Below are positions 13,160-26,900 of a stretch of DNA of 64,000 bases, piece after piece. The notes under the pieces were generated by a model. The model saw only the letters and a list, made by a program, of their open reading frames with translations. It ran no database searches and was not told the DNA's origin. The translations under genes and the position numbers were made by a program. Location of the stretch: contig OZ241826.1 of NCBI GenBank assembly GCA_965202585.1, positions 69,688,001-69,752,000 of the forward strand. Reading direction: 5' to 3'. Position 1 is the first letter of the stretch, and every line of letters begins with the position of its first letter. The DNA is from Thalia democratica (taxonomy: Eukaryota).

Positions 13160-13660
13160 GTGGGTGTCTATTTTGCACGAGGTGAAAATTTTGTGCGAAG
13201 TGACAATTTTGCACGGCGTGCTTTTTGAACGAGTGGATAATTTTGCAAGGCGACTCTTTTGCACGAGGGCACACGAGTTGAAATTTTTTTTTAAATTAAT
13301 TTTTTCTTTTGCTTTTACCCCTTAATGCTTACCCTCGGTAGATTTTTTTTTGTTTTTTACTTTCCTGTTTTTTTATTATAGTTTTTATTAGGTATATATT
13401 ATTCTTCTATCACTGTTACCCTAACCATTACCCTCGGTAACTTTTTTATATTAGTTTATTATTTAAATTTATTATTTTCAGTTTATTTTGTTATTTTTTC
13501 TTTTTACTATCACAGTTACCACTAACCCTTGGTCGCGAACTTTTTTATCTTTTGTAATCTCGTGCAAAATTCTCATAATAATGCGAGCAAGTAAATCTAG
13601 CCTGCTAAACCGAAAATTACTGAAACGTATACTACGTAATGAAAAGTAAAAGGCCTCAGT
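13160..13660. repeat. Inverted copy of the 8.5-9.0 kb modular repeat
   Basis: TTTTGCACGAG array at 13172-13275; TATCACTGTTACCCTAACCATTACCCTCGG cores at ~13408 and ~13508. Confidence 0.6.
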
Positions 13661-13731
13661 CATAATTGTCAGTATATGTAAAACTTAGACTAAATATTAT
13701 TGGGTGTGGATTTTTTGAAAGATGCATTAGA

Positions 13732-14156
13732 TCAAGGTTTCTTAAAGTGGGAAAATTCAGAAATTTAAGAGTCCACAAGCTGCATAGGGGAAGGCCTGAG
13801 TAGTAAAGGGGTCAAAATTTGAAGCTTACACTGCATATTCTGGAAATAATGGTGAAGAGCAAAAACAAAAAAAAGGTCTTATGCGTATTTAAGGGTAAAT
13901 TTGAAACTTGAACTAGTGCTCCCATAATTGACCATTTCAGAAATTAAGGGAGAAATAAGGGATATTTAAGGGAGAAATAAGCTGTAAGGGGAGAGGCTTG
14001 AAACGTTAAACTTTTATTAGATATTCTGGAGTTGATGATCAACAAGAACAAAAAAATCTTGGGCGTTTTTTAAAAGTACTTTTTTTGAGAAAGGGGGCTA
14101 TAGATTTTTTAATTTGTTCAAAGGGGGTCTTATGAAAAACAGTTAAGAAAACTTTG
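13732..14156. mobile_element. hAT-like non-autonomous element
   Basis: Imperfect TIRs CAAGGTTTCTTAA / TTAAGAAAACTTTG and GAAGAGCAAAA..GGTCTT internal units. No clean TSD. Confidence 0.55.
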
Positions 14157-14953
14157 ATATAAATAACTTTTTAGTGTATTTTTACAAAACTTAAAGCAAG
14201 CAACAGATATTATTTTGTACAACAGATCAATTATCCTAGATCAATTTTTTTGAGCATTTCGTTTTTGTGTTCAATATACTTAATGAAATTATTATCGACT
14301 TTCTGACAACGATTAAAACTTTATTAGACTAACGGTAGCAAGAAAATATAATTGCAGTATGCTAATACATTTCTGAAGCTTTTAATTGTAGAAAGACTAT
14401 AAAATTTTTGGAATTATATAACTAATAAAAGAATTTAACCAATAAAAAAATTCTAATTTAAAAAAAAAACTTAAACTATTTGAAGATTAAGTTATAAAGG
14501 TTAAAAGTAATTTTTAAAGTTCATTTTTCCTCAACACTTTATCTTTTCATACTTTTAAATTCTTATCAAATGAATGCAGCTATAACAGTCTCTAAAGATA
14601 ATCTTTAATATTTTACTTCTGTTTATATTTAGATGGAGGAATATCTATGGCAAAAAGAAAAGTGGATAGGTGGGTATAAAATTAAACCAATTCTACGAAA
14701 AGTATATAAAACAAACATCACATAATACAAAATTTATTAAAATTGTCTAAAAACTATTTAAAGCAAAACATTCAATAATGTAAAATCCTATTTAAATCAT
14801 TAAAAATTTAACTAAATATTTGTTTTTAAATTCAAACTACAATTGTCTAAAGGTTAAATTGTCACTAAAATCTAACTAAAATTTTAATTTGCTATATAAA
14901 AATAAATTAAAAGTTGTAAATTTCAGCTAGATAAGAGGAAGTTGATGATAGTT

Positions 14954-17900
14954 TTAACGCTCAGAAGAGACTCGTTGGAACCACTGCCTCAGCGCATCGC
15001 TCATCGTCATTGGAAGTTGAGTTACATCGCGCACTATGTGGTAGTAGGGGAAGGGAAATTGCGACATGTACGACTTAAATACCGGTTTGCCCTGAAAAAA
15101 AAAACAATGCTAGAAAAATTGAAGTGAAAAAAAAAACAATGTTAGAAAAATTGAAGGAAAAAAAAACTAATAGCGGCTCATCTGTGTACAACTAAACCAG
15201 CAATTTATTTAGTTCGGTAATTAACAAGGAACGATTTACTATAAATAATAGTATCAGGGGGAGCATGTACAGTAGCCTGCCAATTAGGTACGCCTTTTTA
15301 ACACAGCGCAAAAGTGCGTACCCAACCGGCAGTGCGTACCTAGGAAATTTTGGTCTTAAATTACCTACATTAACCCTACACGAACATGTTAAAAGCCACT
15401 AAAGTTTACAGGTTACTAATGAAGCAAAATCTTAAAAAACAAAATATTTCACCGTAAAAAATTATATTTTAATTAAAGTATATTAGAAGTCGTGTGTATT
15501 CATTTAATATATGTATTTACATGTGAGTAATTATTAATGTTTGTATATTTATAATCAACCCACAAAGTTTTTAAATCTATCTTGTACTACTAATTTGTAC
15601 CTTTAAAACTTACTTTGTACGTATACTTAATTACTAATTTTAAATAAACAAAGCTTTATTATAACATTGCTCATACTTTTATTAAACTATATTTATTCGA
15701 AAAAAAGTTTAGGGTTACAGAATTTTACTCTTGCTTACTTATTATTAAGCAATTTTTGCAACTTAACCGGTGGTCTTAGTAGATACACAACAGTAAAAGA
15801 TAAAATGTTACAATCAACTTTTATAACATTTTGAAAAAAAATGGGGAGCAACAAAAAGTATTTGTTAAACCCAAACGATAACCTACATTAATAGACATGT
15901 TTTCAAAAGCATCTAGTTTTAAATCAATGACAGTTTCAATGTTGTTTAATTTCATTAGTATCGCTTTTTTATACGCTTTTTACATTTATATGTCAATTAT
16001 GGGATATAATTTAAGTGTCAATTAAATGTTTCTTTAATTTGGTAAATGCCGCTGTTTATCAGGTTTTAAGTATTTTTATTCCTATATTTTAATCAAGGGG
16101 TATGCAAATTTAAATTGAAGTGTTCTTAATCTTTGCAAAGTAAATTAATTGTTATATGTTTGTTTTAATATTGAATTTGATGCACAATTTGTAAATTTAT
16201 AACTTATTTTCTCGTTAATTTAATACAGTATAACTTATTCATAAATGCAATACTTTTGTATTACTACTATAATAATTGCATTTTGAACACGGCGTTTTTC
16301 GGCTAAATGAATGAAAATAACATTAAGAATTGAAAACAAACTTCTGCATCGAAGGAGACCGATTCGTTTTCTTCAATTGATTTTTCGCTGAGATTGTCGA
16401 GGATAATAAAGACGACAAAGATGCGGTTGTCCACCGCTCCCTGGATCGCTCTCTTCACCACATTTTCTCCCTTCATGAACACGTTCCTTCCGTCTGTGAA
16501 AAAAAATTAATCCATTTTCAAATCGAACTTTCACTTAGTTAATATTTTAACGCTTCTACTTTTGATAGCTCAATTAAAAAGTATGATTGTTTGTTATTTG
16601 ATAACAAAAATTAATTGTTTAGTTTTTAAAGTAAGCATGTATTCTTTTTGTTTCTTTATACAACAGCTTTAAAATATGGCTACTTTTAATCTTAAAATTT
16701 TATAAATATGGTAAACTACATAATTTTATATAAAACTTATTTTTTACAAAGACATATAAATTCTAAAGAAAGTTGTAATTTAGTACAAAATGTACTTTAC
16801 TTCTTTGTTTAATAAGAAGATAACACTAAAGTACAACCAACCAGATAAAACAAACAAAAGTTGAGACGTGATTGGTTCAGTTGATGATGACGTCATCTGC
16901 TTAGCAACTTGCATCATCTTTACACATGAGTTCATCATCTGTCAAAAACATTAGGTGTTTTCAGTCGTATTTTGTAGTAAAAGTTTGAAGTTTTTTAAAA
17001 GGTAGTTAATTTCTTAAGTTTGTCATTACATTGTACATTTTACAGATATTAAAAGACAGCTTTTGTCTTTGATTATGATTAAGAAAGAAGTAATAAAATA
17101 CATATTGATAAAGAATAAAAATTGAAACAAACAAATAATTTTATAATTTTCCATTACCTCAGCAAAGTCGGTGTGTTTTTGTTCACACTGACAAGTTCTC
17201 AGCACCAAGCCACCCGCTCTCTCGTCAAAGTTGCAGTCGCCATGAAAACCGTCGTGAATTAGGTCTGTCTGCTCACCGAACTTGCAAACCGACAACTTTC
17301 CAGCTTCGATCGTGTTCAGCGCAGTTGATATTATCGACAGCGACTCATAAGCCATCTAGTGGTTACTTGATATGTTAAAATTTTAGTAATTTTAATTATC
17401 GTGTAGCTTTTAAAAAGGCATTTTAGAACTTTCAAAGGCTTAAGCAAACAAATAAATATGAATTTATTAAAAAAATAAGTCATCAAGTGTTTAAATATAA
17501 AACATGAAGCAATTAACGTAAAAATTTAATAGTTACCAACTTGTTTTGTTTTGGTGTCCTGCATACTTTCACTATCGTCGATGGCGATCAAGATCTTGTA
17601 CTCCCGCTTGTTCGGGTTCGTCCTGCGCAGCCAAATCTTGTCTTTCCTGTATCCGCTGGCCACGTACTGCGGCAGCTTGCTCATGTTCAGCCGCTTTCCG
17701 CTCGAGTAGTTTCCCGCCAATTTCGAGGTTTGAGTTGGCTCCATGATCAGCCTTAGCTGCTCGCCCAGCTGTTTGCCCACCCCGTCGTGCATGTTAGAAA
17801 TTTCCCGCCAAAGTCGCTCGTAACGCGCAATCTGCCGAGTTTTTTAAACTAATACTATATATAATAAATAGTGATGTACCGGACCCACAATTTCGGGTCC

Positions 17901-20900
17901 GGCCGGACCCGGATCCGGACTTTTTTTTCAAATTAGAATCCGGCCGGAACCGGATCCGGACTTTTTTTTCAAATTAGAATCCGGCCGGAACCGGATACGG
18001 ACTTTTTTTTCAAATTAGAGTCCGGCCGGAACCGGATCCGGACTTTTTTTTCAAATTATAATCCGGCCGGATCCGGATATCAGACAAAAATGGCAATATC
18101 CGGCCGGACCCGGACCCGGATAGTGATTCCGGTACATCACTAGAATAAACTAGCCTGAGTCAGAATGAGGTTTTTAAAAACTCAAAAAAAAAGAGCTTTA
18201 ATCTAATAATAAGTAGAACAGCTAGCCACAAGGTTTACAAATTTAGGTGTTATTTACAATTAAAAATCTGAAATCAAGTTCTTGAACAAAATACACTAGA
18301 AAATAACAAAATATTGAAAACTGGATCAGCTCAAACTCATTCAAAATCTAAAAGAAAACTAGCCTGAGTTTTTATAAAAACTAAACTAGCCTGAGGCAGT
18401 CCAAGATTATCTAAAATTCCCAAAAATTTTCAAACTAGCAGGGTTACTACTGTTTAAGTCAATAAAACTAGCTAGAGTGAGTATAATCAATCCTGAGTCA
18501 AAATGAGGTTTTTAAAAACTGAAAAAAATACTTTAATCTAATAATCAGTTAAACAGCTAGCAAAGGTTAACAATTTAGTAGTAAAGTTGTGGACTGATTG
18601 TGGTACACTTAACTTATTAGTACTACCCATCATAATTAAATCCTACCTTATTTAATTAATATCTAACGAATACTAAATTCTAACTGAGACTACTTTCTAT
18701 AATCAGACACGATAGTTTTGAGTGATGAATCTTTTATATAAAACACAACAAGAAATACTAGCATATACAAAATTATTAATTACTTTGGTAACACTTTAAA
18801 AACTGGAAGCTATTTAAATCTATATCATAAGACTTAAAACAATAAACTAAAAATTAAATAAAACTTTTAGTAAACAAGAAACTGTAAAATTTAAAAAAAA
18901 CTATTAAATTATAAACCTGGATTATATATTTAAACAATTAAACACCAGTTGAAATATTCTCTTTTAAAACAAAACACTACTTACAATAAGCATTCACAAA
19001 AACGTTTAAGATATTTTGTTGCTTCAAGCTACACACCAAACTAACTAACTGCTTACATATAAACTGCCTGTCATGTTCTAATGTTTTGCTGCATCAGTAT
19101 TTAGTTTGAAACATTTCGTCATATGATTCTCATTGGCTCGTACATTCAACCGTGTTAAGTCTAAATATTCTCTGAGCTCAACTTTAAACAATAAAAAATG
19201 CAAGTGTTCATTCCAAAGTTTTCAATTTTACAACATATGTAAAGAGTTGCATAGTTTAAATGTAAACAAATGTAAATTAGTCACGTGTACAAAATGAGCC
19301 AATCACGGTAGGTGTTTAATTTTAACTGACGAAAATGACTCTTATTAATTTACACAAGGTTTGTTTTTGAAAAAATAATTTTCAGTATGCTCTTTTTCAC
19401 TAACTAGATCCGGGTCCGGCCGGATCTCTGTTAGGATCCGGCCGGACCCGGATCCGGACTTTTTTTTCAAATTAGAATCCGGCCGGAACCGGACCCGGAC
19501 TTTTTTTTCAAATTAGAATCCGGCCGGAACCGGATCCGGACTATTTTTTCAATTTAGAATCCGGCCGGATCCGGATATCAGACAAAAATGGCAATATCCG
19601 GCCGGACCCGGACCCGGATAGTGAGTCCGGTACATCACTAATAATAAACAATTAATTATATAAAATACGCAAATTTTCAAGCCTAAAAATTAAAACTACC
19701 ATGAGTTTTTACAGGTATAATGAAAATTACAGTTGACATAAGCTTGATTATACTTTATTGTATAATTACCAAGTGGATACATCTATCTATGAACTAAAAT
19801 CTTAGTATACTTAACATATAACTTAATTAAAGTTAAAGACTGACTTAATCTCACTTAAACCAAAATAAAATATTTTAATCAAGTTTGTATTTTGAGAACA
19901 TGTTTTTAAGTAGCCTAGAGCTGACGAGAAATTTTAAATTTATCTTTAGACAGTGACAAAATATACACAGTAAAGTACATAATTTGTTAAGTAACATATT
20001 TTCTTACTTCTTCAAAGTTTTGGCCTTGGTTCAACTCTATCAGTTTTGTTTCCATTCCAATTCTCATTTTCATTATTTCTTCATGCGAATAAGATGCAAA
20101 ATTTCCACTCGGTTTGTAATCTTCATCTAATTAAAAAAAAAATTTGTTAAAAAAATAAAACTTACATTTTAAGAAAAGCTTTATTGTTATTTGCAACAAA
20201 CCATTAGTATGAATCGATGATAATGGCAAGTCATTCAATTTATTTTCATCCTTGGCTTTTTCATCTTCAGTTTTAGACTCTACTTCTTCCTCCTTAGTTT
20301 CGTTATTTTCTTCAATTTCATCTTCCTTAGTTGTTTTTGTCATCGGCTGTAAAAATTGTCAAATTTAATTTAAGATTTTTTTTATTTGATCTAATTCATT
20401 TTAACTTAAGTTAAAATCATTCAAAAAAAAATTTTAAATGCTAATTCTGGTGAGTTTACTTTTATTAAACTAATGTTTCTCTCAAGTCTGAAAAAACCTT
20501 TGAATTATTGTTAGACTGCTGCATCTCATCATTCACATTTTCTTCTTGGTCTCTATCATCACCAAGCGGATCTTTTCCATCTTCTTGTTTGTTCTCATCC
20601 TTTTAGTTATTATTTAACTTTTATGAATGTTAATAAAACTAATATTTCAAACATTTTCAACTGTTTACTCTCATCAACATATATTGAATAAGCTAAGTAA
20701 ATTTTACATGAATAAAAAAGAAGAAGGTAATATGATAACCTCATCTTCATTATTATCCTCTTGTTTCTTTTCTTTGTCTTTCTGCTCTTGCAATTGTTCT
20801 TCATTTGCAGCGTCCATCATTGTTTCATTAAACCTTTCAAATGAAAATTATATTAAATTGTTACTTTAAGTATTTACTTTATTAAAATACATTGCTTATT

Positions 20901-23900
20901 TTTAACCCTGTTACTCAAGAAAAAATATTCAAATTTTAAATAAGGTTTCTACATTTTTAAGCTTCAGGCAATTAGCTGACATTAATAAAGTTTTTTATTA
21001 AAAAAAAACTGCTGTTTATGTATAAAGATTGATGATTATAAAATCAAACAAAAAAAGCTAACTCAAGATCAGTATCGTCAAGATGTCGATACAGTTCACT
21101 TTTTTCTTCTTCGACAAACTGAGGCTCGTTAATTTCCGATTCTTTTTCCGAACTTTCGTCAGCTTGATCCAGCATTTTTAGTCGTTTGGGTGCCACCTCC
21201 TATAATTTTTTTATTTAGTCAAAAAAAAAAGTGATGCGATAAAAATATCAAATATAACTAGGTATTTCGTTTGATAAATGTTATTTTTTCAAATCATTAA
21301 CAAACTTGCTGATCCGCTAGACTTCGCTTGTTGTCGGTTTTCTTCTTTTTCTCCTCGTGCCTGCTTTCTTCCCCATTTTGCTGTTCTTCCATTCTTTGTG
21401 ACGTCATGCTCTTGTCGTCGGAAGCATTGTTGGTTTGGTCTGGAGCCATCTGGTGGCCAACTTGCTCCTCTTTCTCGCCATCCAGCTCGTTTTGCTGAGG
21501 CGCAGAACTGGAATTGTTTTCATCGACATCCATCAAATTGTCGTCTTGCTGAGCGTTTTGCAAGTTTTCATCTTTTTTGATAGTATCAAGCTCGTCGTCT
21601 TCTTCCAGATTTTCGTCTTGCTGCTGATCAGCATTTGATTTCACTTTCTGATCTTCTTCATTTCCTGCAGAATCCTTCTCTTCATCGTCTTCCTCCTTTT
21701 CATTTTCGTTCTGCTCGATTTCCAAGTTTTTGACGTCATCGCCCTTTTCCTCGCAATCGCTGACGTCATCGGAGTTATCTTTTTCGTCACTGACGTCATC
21801 TTCCTTTTCATCGCTTTCTTTGTTTTCATCTTCGTTTTTGTCTTCTTCATTTTCATCTTCAACATTTCCTTCGGTATCTTTTGGTTTTTCTTCTTCTTCG
21901 ATATCAAAGTCTTCCTGCTGCTCTTCTTCATTTTCTTCTTCTTCATCACCCGACACGTTCATGTTTTCAGGAAGATCGAATTCTTCGTTCTCTTCTTCCT
22001 TTGCATTTTCGTTGTCGTAGTTTTCATCTTTCTCATTTTCGTTATACTCACTTTCGTCGACCATTTCATTTTCGTCATTGTCAACATTCTCTTCATCTTT
22101 TTTCTCTTTCTTTTCTTCTTCGTTGTCGCCTTCATCCAGCTCGTCGTCTTTCGCGCCCAATTCTCCTTCCTCCTGATCGACTCCCTTGCCTTTCTCCTCT
22201 TCACCTTGGTTTTGTTGCTCCTCATCTTCGTCTTCCTCGTCTCCCCACATTCTCTCATCAAGCTTGTCAGCCTCGTCTTCGCCTTCTAAGTCTCCCATTT
22301 GCTCGTCGGGATCTTCTTCGTCTTGCTCTTCTTCGTTTTCTTCTTCTTCCTGATCTTCCCCGCCCGCGTCGTGCATCTTCCCTTCGAAATCTTCCGTCAT
22401 TTCAATGCCTTCCTCCTCGTCGGGAACTTCGTCCTGCTGGTCGTCCTGTTCTTCACCAGGCGCGTCTTCTACCTGCTCTTCGTTTTCAATCTGGTCGCTC
22501 ACGTCCTTTTGACCTTCTCCCGATCCCATCCCACAGTTTTCCTCCGCTCCCTTGAACTCCCCCTTGTCTCCTTCTTTCAGCTCCTGTTCGAATTCTTGGG
22601 GTGGGCAGAACCCTTTAGTCATAATTTCGTTAAACACAATGCAAAGGACTGAAAACAACTTGCACGTTGATCTGTGTGCTGCAGTGACGTGCGTGTTTAC
22701 TGTTGCTATGACGTCACAATAGTTTTCTAATACCCAGTTCAAAGTGTCACACGTTTCAACTATATCGTTAGAATATTTAGAATTTCCAGAAAGAGCATTG
22801 ATTGATGACATAACTTTATCAAACACATTGGAAACTTCATCCATTTTTAAGCTTTTAATTTCCGTTTTTATTTCTTCGGAAAACTTGAATGAAACTTCAT
22901 CTGTTTGCTCTTCTTCAACAACTTTATCCAGTTTTTCAGGTAAGCTTTTATACATGTTTTGAACGACTAGCTGTACTTTTTCTTTTAATTCGGTCATTAA
23001 CAATTTACAGTTTGTTTCATCAGTTACAGTTAAAGTATCAAAAGAATTTGGATAAAAAGAATCAAAGTTGTGTTTTTCTAAACGCGTCAACTCCTTTGAA
23101 ATGTCTTTTAACAGAGGCGAATCTTCATGCATTGGTAGGTTCATTGCAATTTCGTTAACAGTTATTCTTGCAAATTCGGTGAATTCCTTAAACTTGGTGG
23201 AAATTCCTTGGAAAGTTTCGTTAGGTATAATACGTCCTTTCTTTAGCTGAATGTTGAGGAAGTCGAGACATGCTGAATTTTCCAAGTTAAAATCAAAGAG
23301 TTGAGTGAATATTTTTAACAACTGATGAGCTCTCTTTTGAAGAGCAGTTAAATTTATTTCACATTGCGATAACTTATCACAATTCTTAGGGTTCAACTTG
23401 ACCAGAGGTTTAAACAAATCGAGCGAATGTAAAAAGTGAAAAACAACTTTTCTTGCTTCAACTATGTTATTGATACATACTTCTTGATTGATAAGACTTA
23501 TTTCTTCTCCTACTTTAGATGTTGTTTTTAGGCTGGCAGCAACTTTGTTGCAAGAAGTTTTGAGTCTGGCTGTGTATGACGTCACAGCAGCTATTTTAGC
23601 TAATTGTTGCCTCTGATCGAGTTTTATTTTTAATAGCTGATTTGTGTAGCCAGCTATTTGGTGTTTGTCTCTAACTTGCAACTCGTTGCTAGCATCAGGC
23701 ATGTGAGTTAGGAGAATTCGTCCCCTTGTAAGCGTTTTGTAAAAGTAAGTGTTAAGCGGCTCGATACTTTCAGTGACAAAACGAGTTCTGTCTGTAAGTT
23801 TGTCGTCTTCTGATACATCCAATTTTATAGGGCTTACTTCCATAAACTTATTTATTAAATCAGCTGTGTTGCAGTCCTTTCCGATCAAACCTTGTCTGTA

Positions 23901-26900
23901 AGATAGTCCACCATCGGCGAGCACTTTGAAAAGATCCGCCAGAGCTTTCCTCTTCTGCTTTTGTATCTGCTTGGCCTCGCTCAGCCTCTTCTTTCTTTCA
24001 GCTTCCTTTTCCTCGTCTTCCTCGCAATTGCTAGGCGGAAGCGGCGGCTGGAGTTTTGAAAGCTCCTTCAAGTTCGAAATTATTTCGCAAGCAAAGTCTT
24101 CGTTCAGTTCCATTTGCTTGGCAAACTTCTCATCAAAGTGTTTTGCCCACTTGTTTGAAAATTTACGCATTTTGCGGCAAATTTTGCCGTCTTCTGCTTC
24201 GTCACTGTCTGTATGAGAAAAATCGATAGGAGATTTGTTATTTTGAGATTGCCAGCTTTGCAGGAATTTAGCAGTTTCGCTCAAGTGAGCTTCGTCCGAA
24301 CTCTGTTCAGAGGCCAAGCAAGTAGCCTGTTGGGTGTTTGTGAAAACTTTTTGTGCTACCTTTTCTTTCAATGCTGTTTTATACTTCTTAACCAATTTCA
24401 ACAACTTTTTACGTTTCGTATGAGTATCAGCGAGTATAAAGTGATCATTTTTATCAGAAACCGAGTTGTACATTTTCATCTTAATAAAATCTTTGAGCTC
24501 TTTTTCTACGTCTCTTCTCAACACTTGTATTCTGTCATTGCACATTTGTTGGAACTGGTTGTAGTAGGCAAATGTGTTTTCCATTATGTTAATAATTTTC
24601 TTCGTTTGCACGCTTCGGTTGCAATCAAATGACAGCATGGCACAGGCAACTTTTATCATTTGAAGTTTTCCCTCAAACTGTATCACGGTTGAGTCTAGAA
24701 TAAACTCACTCAAGCGATCTTCAAGCTTACCATCATCATCTACTTGATCATCATTATACTTTTGAACGGTTTCCAGCAACATGAAAAACCACTTGGAAGC
24801 AATTTGCTTTTCTTTATCCTCCACCTTATCAAGCAATGTCGACCAGTTCTTCAGCTCTATCTTGCGCCACTTAAGCACAAGAGCACGAACCTTGTCGAGA
24901 TGAACGTCCAATCCAAGCTGCCTGTGGTCATTTGTTTTCCACACCTGCACAGACTTGAGAATCGACTCAAGTCCCAGCACGAACTGCATGAGAGGGGAAT
25001 TTATCGGGAAGTCCCAGACCATTTTGACCTTGGTGAGGAGGAACTTGAGTTTTTCCTGGATATCAGTCTTGTACTCGTACTGCTGCCTGAGCTGGTCCAC
25101 ATGCAGCATGAGTCCTTCGAGAACAGGCACGCACAACTTCGCTTCGCTTACAGTTCCGCCTTTCTCGACGTCAATTTGGCTATCGTCACATTGTTCTTGT
25201 GACGTCACAGTCAACGATTGTTGCATCCTTTCGCAGTACAACAAGTTCATTCCAATCAAGTCGATATCCACTGAACCCGACCACAACTTTTCACAGTTTA
25301 ATATAACTTGGTCTTTTATAATGTTATATGACGACATAGCGTTTGTGATTGCCGCGCTTTCGTTATTCTCCAGCGATGTTGACGTCATTATTTCAGCAAA
25401 AGTAGCCACCGAAAATGAAAAAAACTCATCGGATAGATAGCTTTCATCTTTTTCGTGTTCCAAATTTGCTAAAATTTCATCATTTTCTTCGGTTTCCTCT
25501 TCGTTATAGTTGTAGGAAGACGGGAACAAATTCTTCATTTCAATTTCATCCAACTCTTCTTCAGTAAGGTCTTCGTGTTCTTTCTTCTTATACCTATATA
25601 AGCTGCCTTCTTCCGCCATTTTTCGCTGCTCATATTCACACTTTTCAACCCACTTATCACCGATAATTTTAACCAGTTGCATTATTTGGTCGGCATTGAC
25701 AACTCCATACTCAACTGCGTTCAACTTGCATCTCGATAAGAATACTTTCAACAACTTTTCATCATTCATTAAACAGTACGCTGGTTGGTCTTCTTTTTTA
25801 TTTTCTCGATATGTTTTAGAGTTGGTTAGAAGCAACTCAACTTGGTCCATTAAACTTTTTACATCTATATCATAGCAATCAAGACCCTCTTTCACCAAGT
25901 AATCGATCATTTTTTCACTAGTTCTAGACGAGCTGCACTCTTGATTTGAAACCATCATCTGCGCTGAACTGAACAACATTTCAAACCCAAATTTCATTTG
26001 TTGCAAAGAGTCAACCATTGGTCTGGTGACGTCATCAAACTTGTTAAATTCTTGACGTAATTGTCTGAGAGTACCATCGAATGCTTGTAACAAATCGGTT
26101 CTGTTTTCTCTTAAATCATCCTCGTTATAAACCAATTTCAAAATCTGTTTTCTTTCATTTTGGAGCATATCCAGTTTGCTAGTTACAAATTCATTGCATA
26201 CTTTTTGAAGCTTGTCGTACGATTTCCAATCATTGCGATCTTTCAACTTAGTGTCAAGCTCTTCTACGATTTTTTCCTCTTCACATATACGGTTTCTGAT
26301 CAGCTCGATTCTAGGATGTTGCATTATTTCGCTGTCTACGCTTCCAGTCAATACAACAGACAGTTTTTCACGCGCAGTCAAGTAGCCTTTTCTTGTTTTT
26401 ATCTCTTCTAAATTGCAGGACTTATTGAGTCTGTGACGTAACACGGGGTCTACAGGACCAGGCATCATGAGGAAGTAGTGAACGCATCCACATTCGATGA
26501 AACAGTCGCCTATGCTGCTCAGCAACTCAAGCTCGTACTTCTTTTTACTCATAATGTTCTCATTTTCTAAAGCTTTGATTATTGCTTCGAACTTAGTCCA
26601 ACAATCATTTAGAACCGTATTTATAAAAGCAAAATCATCGCTTTCCAATAACTTTTTGGCTTCCTGAAGTTCAAAATAAGCTTCAACTATTTGCTGCATT
26701 CCAGCGCATAAATTTCCACCTAAAACTTCAAATTTAGGTATGTTTATGCTGACATCTACTGCAGTGTCAGCCAAAACTTTTAATACTTGGCCAATTGAAA
26801 CAACAAGAGCGACAAGGCTTTTGTACACAGCGGGAGATAAGTAAATTTTGTTTTTCACTTTCCTTTCAACGCCGTAGTGCCGCAACAACGGAAGGTTTTT

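Noticed and set aside
14631-14668. Plus-strand mini-exon (MEEYLWQKEKWI or DGGISMAKRKVD)
   Set aside because: No partner exons; the opposite strand is equally plausible; unresolved.
17890-18100. CRISPR-like regular repeats
   Set aside because: Contiguous ~41-bp units with no unique spacers, inside a TIR element in a eukaryote.
20127-20201. Alternative in-phase donor GTAAG at 20165
   Set aside because: It would leave a 39-nt intron, below the ~55-nt minimum seen here; possible but unsupported.
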